In this document: one piece after another, positions 12,628-23,556 of the stretch
Layout of the letters: the number at the start of each line of letters is the position of its first letter
How positions within the stretch are numbered: the stretch's first letter is position 1
NCBI GenBank assembly: GCA_002633005.1
Contig: NMRA01000048.1
Coordinates: forward strand, 686,303-750,302
DNA: 64,000 nucleotides
Reading direction: 5' to 3'
Source of the DNA: Phoronis australis
Lineage: Eukaryota > Animalia > Phoronida
The notes under the pieces: generated by a model
Database searches by the model: none
What the model saw: the letters and a program-made list of their open reading frames with translations, nothing else
What the model was told of the DNA's origin: nothing
Position numbers and translations under genes: made by a program

Positions 12628-13301
12628 TATCGAGCAGTAAACTTTGAATTGGTTTAACCGAATTTCTTGAACACGCAGACAACTAAACCTGCTGTTTTGA
12701 TCAAGAGAACATCCCAGTATGTATCAATAAGTTCCACAATTAAAATGACACTGAATGCCTAGATATTGGTGTTTTGCAAGGGTTCCCTTCTTTGACTTTC
12801 GCACTTCAATTCAGGTACAGCAATACATTTTTATATGAAAAATGGTTCAAAGTACTTTGATTACTAGTCTGACTCGATGTGGTAATTTAACTGCAGGTAC
12901 TTTGGCTCCATAGAGAGGCACGAGCTGTTATCCAAAAATATCACTGCGCAAATATGCACAACATAATGTCCCAAATATGGTAGCTTGCAGTAGGTTCTAT
13001 CAACCATAACTGCACCACAATTGTACATTGTGATAACAATTATTAAGTTGGTGCTAGTTTTGACACCTAAAACAAATTAGGAATTCATTTTTTTTGTCTG
13101 CTCAATTAAAAATGTTCCCAAGACCATTGTCTTTACACTGGGTAATAGCTCCTTTATGTCTTTTTTGCCTTTTCAGAAAAAACAAGGAAATTTGTTAGTA
13201 TTGGGCCTTCCCTTGACCATCTGGTTATTCCAAATAGCTATCAACTGTCTAGGAATTATTTTGATGATTCACAAATGGTCTGTTATTCATATGCAGATCT
13301 G

Positions 13302-13701
13302 GGCCCGGTCTCCAATCTTTTTACTCGAAATGGAACTCGAAATTAGGTTTGGCATTTTCTAGTCTACTTTTGGGCAAACTCAAGATAAGTGTCTATTATT
13401 CTATGCTCGAGTACACAATAACTTACGTAGATAATTTATTGCCCTTCGTTCACAGTTTGTAAACCCAATATTAAAGCAATAAGTTCGAGTTTGAACTCGA
13501 AATTTCGAGTTTTTACTCAAGTTTGTAGCACGAATATAAGGGTCTTCAAGGGCAAACTTGAACTAGAAACTCCTATGCATAAACTATAATGTATTCGAGC
13601 ACAGTCTGATAACAATTATCTTAAGTTCGCACAAAAGGAGCAGAGAAATTGCCAAAAATAGTTTCGAGTTCGTTTTGAGTACAAAGATTAGAGACCGGGC
13701 C
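13302..13701 (+). mobile_element. PIF/Harbinger-type MITE, 400 bp, TSD CTG (copy 1)
   Basis: TIRs GGCCCGGTCTC(C/T)AATCTTT(T/G)TACTC, flanked by CTG on both sides; inverted highly similar copy at 55549-55948. Confidence 0.88.
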
Positions 13702-13770
13702 CTGGTTATTCTTAAAATCCATCAACATTCTAAAGCACATTCACAAAATGATCTTTTGTTCAGTTGCAGG

Positions 13771-16700
13771 ATGAATGGAACTACCATTCCCAACACGCCC
13801 ATAGTGGTGGATTATTGGAAGCTCCCCGCCCACCTGATGCCACACAAGGTGTTCTTTTTGACTCACATGCATGTGGATCACACTGCAGGTATGGCTTCTC
13901 CCCGTTATTTAATTCTTCCGCTGAATAGAAATTTGAGGCAATAAATTTTTTTTGTCAACTGTTTGTATTTATATGCTGTGTATAGTTTCACTTCAAAATT
14001 ATGGTCAAAGTTGAATATAGTTTTTAGGAGTTGATCCAAAAAGCTGTGAGTGATGGCTGTTTAAGATGCGAAATGATGGATAAAATATTATTTTGTGAAT
14101 CAAAATAGTGCAATAGTGAACTCAACTCGTGTTAAAGTTTAATGTATTTAGTTTGAAAACATAATGCATTAAGGCCTTTTGTGTTGCTATGACAAAAAGT
14201 TTTAGATTTGAAACTTTCCAAATATGTTCCTGCTATTATTATCATTTGTCTCACCTTTTTTGTTTGATATCATTTGTGGCATTATGTTGTCTCACTTGGT
14301 TCTGCTTAATACCATTTGTATAATGTTGACTCACTGGGTTCTGCTTAATAAGTCTGTATCCTTAATGGTGGAAGAATGCCTATGCTTTTCCCTAAATTTC
14401 GTATAAAATGTGCATTCCTAAATACTATCCAAGTTCTATTACCAGCAAGGAATAATTTGGCTAAACTATGTTTTTTTGTTTTTCCGAAAGTAATTGAAAG
14501 AGCACTGTTTAGCTGAAAAGAAAGAGTAAACCTTTTTTCCACAGAATATGATCAGTTTCTTTGTCTAGTTTTGCTTTAAAAATGTTGACCGCAATCATTC
14601 AACGCACACTTTATCAGAAATTGCCTCACACATGTCCAGGTACACCATGGATGTATAGAGGGCAGTGCAATAAAATGTCGTCCCATTTGCATATTGAAAA
14701 GTTAGCCACAGATAATATTAGGGCACATTTATAGTATCACTGATATGTCTTGAACCTATTCAAAAGATGCTTTTTTTATGCGCCCACATATTTATACGTG
14801 GTCGCATATTGCCATCATCTCTGTCTGGGCGTCCGCAGCTGTATCTCCAAAACCCTCACAGGATCTGGATGAGATTTGGCAGATGTGTTCCTATGAAGCT
14901 GATGACGAATGACGGCGTATTTCGGACTTCTCCGACTTCCATTGTGTCCCCTAGTGGCAACTTTATTTTTTTACGCTTACCTCTGTATCTTCGGAGGTCC
15001 TCAACGCATTTTCCTAAAATTTGGCAGTTAGGCATCTATTAGTGAGATGATGCCATCCTCCTGTTTTTGGACGGTTTCGAGGTACTTTGCGCCACCTATT
15101 GGCCATTTTTACTGTTTTCAAGTCTGTTTTTGGCGTCCGCCCTTCTATCAACCAAAATCGCTCTAAGGATGATTTTGAAAATTGGCATATATGTTCTTAT
15201 TGTGAAGAGGGCAGCTGACAATGATTTTCTGACGACTTTTGACTTCTGTGGCGTGTCCTAATGGTAGTTTTGTTTATTTTTGCGCCCATGGCTGTACCTC
15301 TTGAACGCTCTACAGGATATTTATTGAATGTGCTGGTGTATTTATGTGAAGTTGACAACATAAGACGACTTTCGAACTGATCAGACTACTGGTATGTTCC
15401 CTAGTGGCAATTTTAGTTTTTTACGTTTACCTCTGTATCTTCAAAGATCGTCAATGAATTTTCATAAAATTTGGCAGTTAGGCATCTATTAGTGAGATGA
15501 CGCTACCTTCTGGTTTTCAGTTGAATTTGAGGCGTTTTGCACCACCTGGTAGCCATTTTTACTGTTTTCAAGTCTGTTTTTTGGCATCTGCAGCTCTCTC
15601 AACCAAATCACTCTAAGGATGATTGTGGAAATTAGTGTGTATTTTTCTAATGTGAAGAGACGGACTGACGATGATTTTCCGATCGCCTTGACAACTGTGG
15701 TGCCTCCTAATGGCAATTTGTTTACGCACATGGCTATATCTCCTAAACCCTCTGCTGAATTTTTATTAAATTTAGTATGTGTATTTATCTGAACTTGACA
15801 ACAAACGGCAACGACTTTCCGATGGATCGGACTATCGGTGTGCCCCCTAGTGGCAGTTAATTTCACCTCTGTATCTTCAAAGGTCCTCAATGGATTTTCA
15901 TAAAATTTGGCAGATAGGCATCTATAAGTGAGCTGACGCTATCCTTGGGTTTTTGGTTTGATTCGTGGTATTTTTGGCCAGCTAGTTGCCATTTTTACTG
16001 TTTTTGAGTCTTGTTATTTGGCGTCTGTCCCTCCGGCAACCAAAACACTCTAAGGATGGTTGTGGAAATTGGCATGAATTTTTTATGCGCATACATATTT
16101 ATATGTGGACGCATTATGCCATCGTCTCCGTCCGTCCGTCTGGGCGGCGTCCGTCCGGCGTCCGCTGCTCTATCTCCAAAACCCTTTGACATACGTTCAT
16201 GAAATTTGGCACATATGGTCCATTCATAAATGGGACGGCATGAGTGAACTTTCGGACGGATCCGACTACCGGTGTGCCCCCTAGTGGCAATTTTAGTTTT
16301 TTACGTTTACCTCTGTATCTTCAAAGATCGTCAATGAATTTTCATAAAATTTGGCAGCATCTATTAGCGAGATGACGCTTACCTTTGTATCTTCAAAAGT
16401 CCTGAATGGATGTTCATAAAATTTGGTATGTAGGCACCTATTAGTGAGATGACGCTATCCTCCCGTTTTCGGATATGTTCGACATAGTTTGCGCCACTTA
16501 GTGGCCATTTTTATTGTTTTTAAGTCTGTTTTTTGCGTCCACCCCTCTGTCAACCAAACCGCTCAAATGATGATTGTGAGAATTGGCATGTATGTGCTTA
16601 CTATGAAGAGGACGGTTGACGATGATTTTCCGACAATTTCAACTACTGTGGTGCCTCCTAGTGGCAGTTTTTTTGCGCCCATGGTTGTATCTCCTAAACC

Positions 16701-19700
16701 ATTCGCAGGATCTTTACGAAATTTAGTAAGTATATTTGTATGATGTTAACAATAGACAACGACTTTTGGACAGATCAGACTACCGGTGTGCGCCCTAGTG
16801 GCAATTTTATTTTTTTTTTACGTTTACTTTTGTATCTTCAAAAGTCCTTATCGGATTTTCATGAAATTTAATATATAGGCACCTATTAGTGAGGTGACGC
16901 TTTTCTTCCTTTTCTCGGATGGATTCGATGTAGTTTGCGTCACCTAGTGGCCATTTTTACTGCGCCTCCTAGTGGCAGTTTTGTTTTTGTTGCGCCTATG
17001 CCTGTATCTCCTAAACCGTTCGCAGGATCTTTACTTAATTTAGCAAGTGTATTTACATGATGTTGACTACGGATGACGACAACTTTCGAACAGATCTGAC
17101 TACTGCTGTGCCCCCTAGTGGCAATTTTAGTTTTTTACGTTTAACTCAGTATCTTCAAAGGTCCTCAACAGATTTTCATAAAATTTTGAATATAAGCATC
17201 TATTGGTGTGATGACACTATCTTCCTGTTTTTGGATGGAATCCAGGTATTTTGCACCACTTAGTGGCCATTTTTTGCTCTTGTCAAATCTTGCTTTTGGT
17301 GTCCACCCCTGTATCAACCAAATCATTTGAATATTGGCATATATGTTCTCAGTGTGAAGACGACCTTTGATGTTGGTGACTGACTACTGTGGCGCCTTCT
17401 AGTGGTAGTTTTGTTTTGCGCCCATAGTTGTCTCTTCTAAATCTACTGCAGGATCTTTACGAAATTTAGTAAGTGTATTTATATGAAGATAACAACAGAC
17501 GACGACGACTTTCAGGCAGATCCAACGGACACTGTACCCACTAGTGGCAATTTCATTTTATTCTGTTTGCCTTTGTTTCTCTGAACTTCCTTGACAGAGT
17601 TTTATGAATTATGGCATGTTCCTGTTTTTGGATGGATTGTATGTTTTTGTGCCATCTAGTGTCCATGTTTGTGATATAAATAATTAACCCTAAAAGCATA
17701 CCATTTGCAACTCATTCTTGGGCGCATTTCAACGCTTCGCGTTGCTCTTGTTATTCATAACTGTGCTGTCACACCTGCACTATGTGGTTGATAACGCACC
17801 TGCACTGTGTGGTTGATAACACACCTGCACTATGTGGTTGATAATTGCAGAATGAGTTTGATGAAGAAATGACCGTATACTAAGAGCTGCCTTTTTGAGA
17901 GTGTAAAACGTGTCACATTCAAAGTGTCCAAGTACCACTAAGTTGGAATCTTCAGAGACCGAACTGTTGTCATTTTGCAGGACTGGTTCAGTCAGATTGC
18001 ATCTTCATATTATGATTGCTGAGAACTTGGAACAGATCATTTTTAAATTTCATTTCTTTGAGTATTCCATACAAACCTTCCCGTTAATTATAAGTTTAAT
18101 ATGTATTTATTGTCTCGTGTTTGCATAGTAGTATTTTGGCAGTGACACCCTCACATGTGCTAGGTCTACAATTCAAGACTCAGTTAATTTTAAGAAACAA
18201 TCTCACCATAGAGATTTAATGTCTGTATAATTTCAGGCCTGACGTCTTCCTGGCGTTATCCCATCTACTGTTCCGAGTTGACTGGCAAGCTGCTGAAAGT
18301 TAAATTTGGCATCCGTGAGCATTTGATTCACCCACTGGCCCTTGACGAACCCCACCTAGTGTCTCTTAACAAAGACTCTGCTGACAGTATGACTGTAACT
18401 CTGATTAATGCCAATCACTGCCCAGGATCAGTAATGTTCGTGTTTGAGGGATACTTTGGACGCATAGTGTACACTGGTGATTTCCGTTATTCAAAAGATG
18501 TGTGTACATCACTTGCTAGGGTACTCGGTGGTCAATCTACTGGGTTATTAGACTCGGATACAGACAGTGAGGAAATCTTGACGCATGTGACGAAACCAGT
18601 GGATATTCTATACTTGGACAACACATTTTGCAGTCCACATTGTGATTTTCCTACCAGAGAATGTGCCAAGATGCAAATTATTGACATAATCAGCAGACAT
18701 CCGGATCACAATGTTGTTATCGGGATTCACTCTCTTGGTAAGGAGAATCTGCTAGTCGATTTGGCACAGCACTTTAAGACATGGATTAGTGTAAGTCCAA
18801 AACGTCTGGAGATATTGAAAGAGTTAAAACTACCAAATGTTTTTTCTACTGAATTATCTGATGGCTTCATTCGTGTTGTACCGCAAGGTCAAATCAGCAA
18901 AAGGAATATGCAGCTTTGGAATGTAGAAGCTCGTACTATAGGCATTATTGCATCAGCTATTTTCACAGGACTCAACTGTCAACCCTACGTCAATCAAGAT
19001 GATGTCTTTGTTGTGCCCTATTCGGACCACTCATCCTATTTGGAACTTTGTGAGTTTGTGAAATGTGTCCATCCTCGTAAAATCCTACCCATTGTACCTG
19101 CGGACACCACGGGACCATTCAGCACATGTCTTGCTGACCGAGCCGACATGCGCTGTTTTGATGAGTATTTGGACACCTGTCCCTCTTTGCTCTTCGAGGT
19201 GCCTAAGTGGTTAGCTGAATCCAAATTTACAAGCAGTTTGATTAGTGAGGCGGATATTTCTGAAATCATTGGCCCTCTAAACAAGCGAAAGCGCTCGGCA
19301 GAGATTCGGAGAGCTTATTCTTTGCCAAACGCCACAGGAGTTTTGTATGAGGATGGCTGTGATGTCCATGATTCAGGCTGTGATGTCCATGATTCAGGTT
19401 CATCAAAGCAAATTAAACGTAGCAGAAACCTATCCTGTGTTGAACCAGCCATCTCCATTCACAATAACAGTCAACTGAATCAAAACATAGATTGTGATTG
19501 TGATGTAAAAGTTGATCGGATAAATAAGTATAGTAGGGACCATGCTGTGATTCTTGTTGATGATTCTCCTTCGCATGATAGTGGAGGACAGTGTGCAGAT
19601 GGGTCTGAAACCCTTGGTTGTTCAGTGAACCTGCAATCTGTTTCTTTGTGTAGTGAAAATGTAAAACGTAGTGGCATGTGTCATGGTGGCAACAGAGATG

Positions 19701-21424
19701 ACAATGAAAGTGATGGTGAGGGTCAACAGACATGTGAAGTTGTTGTCATTAGTGACTCGGACTCTGAGTTTGATTCTGTGGTGACTACTGGTCCGAATGA
19801 AACCAGTGTGGGCAATGTCGGATTGAAGAGAAGTGCAGCTAACAAAGATGGTTTCAGTACAGTTGAATTGCCTGGTACAGATGTTGTCAGTCAAGGAGAC
19901 ATTTTGCTGGAAAGGAGAGAAGTGCAATGCCATTCTGAATCTAATTCTGCCCAAACCATAGACAGGCATATTGAATCTGGACATAACATGTTCTTGAAAA
20001 CTTTTGTAACAAAAAAGACAGTATCTTCCTATGGAAATGCAAGTTATCCATTTATTTTGCTTAAAACTAGTCAGAAACACAATTTAATGGAAGGGTTGAG
20101 AACCAAAAAGTCACCTCAAACTGAAGAATGTTCTTCTCTTGCGTCTGCATTTTGTCAAAAGGACATTTTTACGCTGATTCCCCCTGACAGTGGTTCGTGC
20201 ACTAAGCAAGCCTCTGACAGTGGTCCATGCGCTCAGCAAGCCTCTGACAGTGGTTTTTGCGCTCAGCAAGCCTCTGACAGTGGTTCTTGCGCTCAGCAAG
20301 CCTCTGACAGTGGTTCTTGTGCTCAGCAAGCCTCTGTTGTTAATAAAGGTGACCAACAAGATGTGATGCACTGTGCAAACGAAATGCACAATTTGGATCC
20401 TTGTGGAGTTGGGTCTGAAGGAGGAGCAACCAACAGTAATGTTTCAACAGTTACAAAAGATGAAAAAAGGAAGGCTTGGGTAATTTCAAAAAAGAATTGG
20501 AATGTTAACTGTGGAGAAAGTGTACCAATCGCCATGGCAACAGAGTCTGACAATGAGACAGTTCGATATGAGTTCCGTGTAGTTGATGCAGCAGTGAATG
20601 AGAGCGAAATGGTTGAAGTTCAGATTGTTGAAAAGCATTCAAGAGTACAAAAATCAACGGAGGCTGGTGATTTATCAAACAGAAAAGGAGGTGTAGTTAA
20701 GTCTAGCTCACCTGCTTTAGGAGAGCAGACGTCTCGTAATGCTGAGGTGAATATGAAATCAAATTCAAATGATTTTGCAAAGTTTCACAAGAGACTGACT
20801 GCCATTGTTAACCAACTGGGTCATAATAGAAAGTCTAAGTCTCCATTGATGAGTGCAATCAAGATAAATAATCAGGTAGAATTAAAAGGCACTTCAAAAT
20901 CAAAGGTTTCCTCAACTGGATGTTCAAAAGAGAATCATACAATTTTCCCTGCAGATGGCAGTGTGGTGTCATTAGGAGAAGGTTCTGTTGTAAGTAATCA
21001 AGGGGCAGTGTGCTTAACATCAAACAAGTTACCACATTCAGAGATGGCGTGTTCCTCCGAGATGGGTAGAGGCAGTGACAGAGGGAAGGGTGTGACGACT
21101 AGAGTTGTTGTCAAGAATGAAATTTCATCTGCTGGGCGGATGCCATTTCTAACAAGGAAGGACGGACCTCGTTGGCCCGTAAAGTCTTTCTCGGGTGTGA
21201 ACAGGCTACTTTCTAGAACTGCAACTGGGAACACTTCGTGTGAGAAATTGAAGAGGAATGCAAAAGATTTGTTGCCAGACAGGAAGATGATATCAAAATG
21301 TGTCAACAATTTCGCTAAGATGGAGGACCACAGAGAAGGGCTTACAGAGGAAAGTCGAAGTGATGAAGATTGGAGTGACCTTGAACTGATAGGGGACGTT
21401 ATTGAGAAAGAAATTAGACGTTAA
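13771..21424 (+). CDS. DCLRE1B: 5' exonuclease Apollo / SNM1B (MBL-beta-CASP nuclease); coding exons 13771-13888 and 18237-21424, ~1101 aa
   Basis: Exon 1 MNGTTIPNTPIVVDYW...FFLTHMHVDHTA (HxHxDH) ends G|GTATGG. Acceptor TTTCAG| at 18236 continues in phase as GLTSSWRYPIYCS, then ANHCPGSVMFVFEGYFG, YTGDFRY, LYLDNT and YSDHS motifs. The N-terminus and 'FEGYFG' are characteristic of Apollo rather than SNM1A or Artemis. Confidence 0.93.
14771..17752 (+). mobile_element. Helentron-associated non-autonomous element (HINE/DINE-like) with internal degenerate tandem array and a second 5' end at 16079, in the DCLRE1B intron
   Basis: Starts at a T-tract + ATGCGCCCA (14778-14786); ends TGGGCGCAT (17719-17727) + hairpin CAACGC-TTC-GCGTTG + CTCTTGTT; internal repeats share CCCCTAGTGGC and AAATTTGGCA. 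Confidence 0.8.
17771..17844. repeat. Tandem repeat, 25-bp unit x3
   Basis: ACACCTGCACTATGTGGTTGATAAC at 17771, 17796 and 17821. Confidence 0.9.
20181..20336 (+). repeat. Coding minisatellite, 30-bp unit x5 (ASDSGSCAQQ) within DCLRE1B
   Basis: CCTCTGACAGTGGTTCTTGCGCTCAGCAAG repeats in frame. Confidence 0.95.
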
Positions 21425-21486
21425 ATTGTGTCTCCGTTTCTTAGTTTAAGGCAGCTGTATAAGAATTTTTATTTTTGTACCATTCA

Positions 21487-21983
21487 CATGTACTAGTACC
21501 AGTTACACGTACTAGTACCAGTTACACGTACTAGTACCAGTTGCACGTACTAGTACCAGTTACACGTACAAGTACCAGTTACACGTACTAGTACCAGTTA
21601 CACGTACTAGTACCAGTTACACGTACTAGTACCAGTTACACGTACTAGTACCAGTTACACGTACTAGTACCAGTTGCACGTACTAGTACCAGTTGCACGT
21701 ACTAGTACCAGTTACATGTACTAGTACCAGTTACACGTACTAGTACCAGTTACATGTACTAGTACCAGTTACACGTACTAGTACCAGTTACATGTACAAG
21801 TACCAGTTACACGTACTAGTACCAGTTACACGTACTAGTACCAGTTGCACGTACTAGTACCAGTTACATGTACAAGTACCAGTTACACGTACTAGTACCA
21901 GTTACATGTACTAGTACTAGTTACACGTACTAGTACCAGTTACACGTACAAGTACCAGTTACACGTAGTAGTACCAGTTACAT
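21487..21983. repeat. Minisatellite, 19-bp unit x~26, just 3' of the DCLRE1B stop
   Basis: Unit GTACTAGTACCAGTTACAC; most copies contain the palindrome GTACTAGTAC. Confidence 0.97.
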
Positions 21984-22569
21984 GCAGAAATAATTTTATC
22001 AAGTCGAAACTTTGTTTTGATCAATTTGTTTACAAACTGTATTGTAATTTGGTTCTCCAAATAGTATCTTTTTGTTCATATTATATTTGTTCTCATTTTA
22101 TGCGTTTGAAAGGTATCAGTCACAGTTACATGTACTCAGTTACTAACTTATCAACAGATCACCACAGTAACTGAATTTTAAAAAACTTGGAGCTATGTTC
22201 ACTTACTGGGTGAATGTTTGAGCTACGTTTCTCTGCATTCTAATCAGAAAGACAACAATATAAGCGTAGGGTTACACAGCAAAGCGAGTTGGTAAGAAAC
22301 ACAAAACGGAGCACAAATCAAAAAGACACTTGTCGCCACCATTTTCACGAAAGACGTCGCTCTACTCGGTTAGCGCAGTGTTGGCTTAGGTCAGAGAGCG
22401 TCTTTGCTTACGTAGTAAACGTTGTCGCCACAGGAAGCAAAAATGTGGATTCTGACTCTTTTTCAGTAAAAGATGCATGACCTCTTTCGGTTGTGAATCG
22501 GATTTTCTGCTGTGGATACCAACTTCTAACATTTTTAAAGTGTAAGACTGATTTATTAATGTCACAAAT

Positions 22570-23556
22570 TTGAAAAAAGTCAAAAAGATGCGGGTCGCTA
22601 TGAAACTTGGCACATGTGTTCCAGACGGGAAGACCATGTCTGACATTGATTTTTGGATGGTCTTGACTATTGTGGCGCTCTCTAGTGGTGATTGTGCCGT
22701 TTTGCTTGTACGCTTGCAGCTCCTTAATCCTTTGCAAGACCTGACAGTGTTTACTTATATGTATCAAGGGCTGTCCACAGTTCCTCAATGTTTTTTTTCA
22801 CGAAATTTGGAAACAAATTTCTGTAATGAAGATGACAATACCTTTCCTTTTTGGGATGGGATCTACATATTCTACGCTATGTAGTAGGCCTAGCCATTTT
22901 CAGTTGTTATTTTAGATTTTTTGTCGTCTGCCTCTATATCCACCCAGCTGCTCGCGATCAGCATGAAAATTAGTGGTAGATGTGTTCCTACTGACAAGAA
23001 CACTGCTGACATGAGCTTTCAGGTGAGTCCTGCTATTGTGGTGTCCTGTCACCAATAGTCACTGGGGTTCCGGATTTTGAGGACTAGTTAATTTGACACT
23101 CGTTACGCTATGGAGAAAACTGCAACTGGCTCTTAATCAAAATGCGGGACCTCTATAAGTGACTATTATCGTGATGCCCCCTAGTGGCATTTTTGCATCT
23201 GTAATTTATCTCCCAAACACTTAGAAAATCTTTTGGCGGTATGGCAAATGACATTCCTGGTAAGCTGAACTCAGTAGATGAATCCGCAACTATCACTCAC
23301 TTTGGCTCCTAATGGCAATGGCAGTTTGTATCTTCGGAATTCTTTGGTGTTTTCTAGGAACCCCCATATTGGTTCCTAGGTGTATTTTCATGAAATTGTA
23401 ACAAATTGTTTCTATATGTTGGGACCCGCATCTTTCAATTTTTGGACGGGTTTGACATATTCTGCGCCATCTAATGTCCATTTTATGGCACCCCTAACGC
23501 ATGCCGTTTGCAGTGCAGTCGTGGGCGAATTTCAATGCTCCGCATTACTCTTGTGT
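22570..23556 (+). mobile_element. Diverged HINE-like element related to 14771-17752
   Basis: Shares TGAAACTTGGCACA and CCCCCTAGTGGC motifs and a similar 3' end (GGGCGAATTTCAATGCTCCGCATTACTCTTG). Confidence 0.6.

Noticed and set aside
14767-17263. Many short ORFs in the DCLRE1B intron
   Set aside because: They lie inside a non-autonomous repeat; no transposase or helicase motifs.
20528-20541. X-box-like ATCGCCATGGCAAC inside the Apollo exon
   Set aside because: Imperfect left half and explained by the coding sequence (IAMAT).
19036-21309. Antisense ORFs within DCLRE1B
   Set aside because: Shadow frames of the long sense exon with no recognisable motifs.
21487-21983. Regular short repeats (also 933-1072 and 40413-40641) as a CRISPR array
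   Set aside because: Units are contiguous with no unique spacers, no cas genes are present and the context is eukaryotic.
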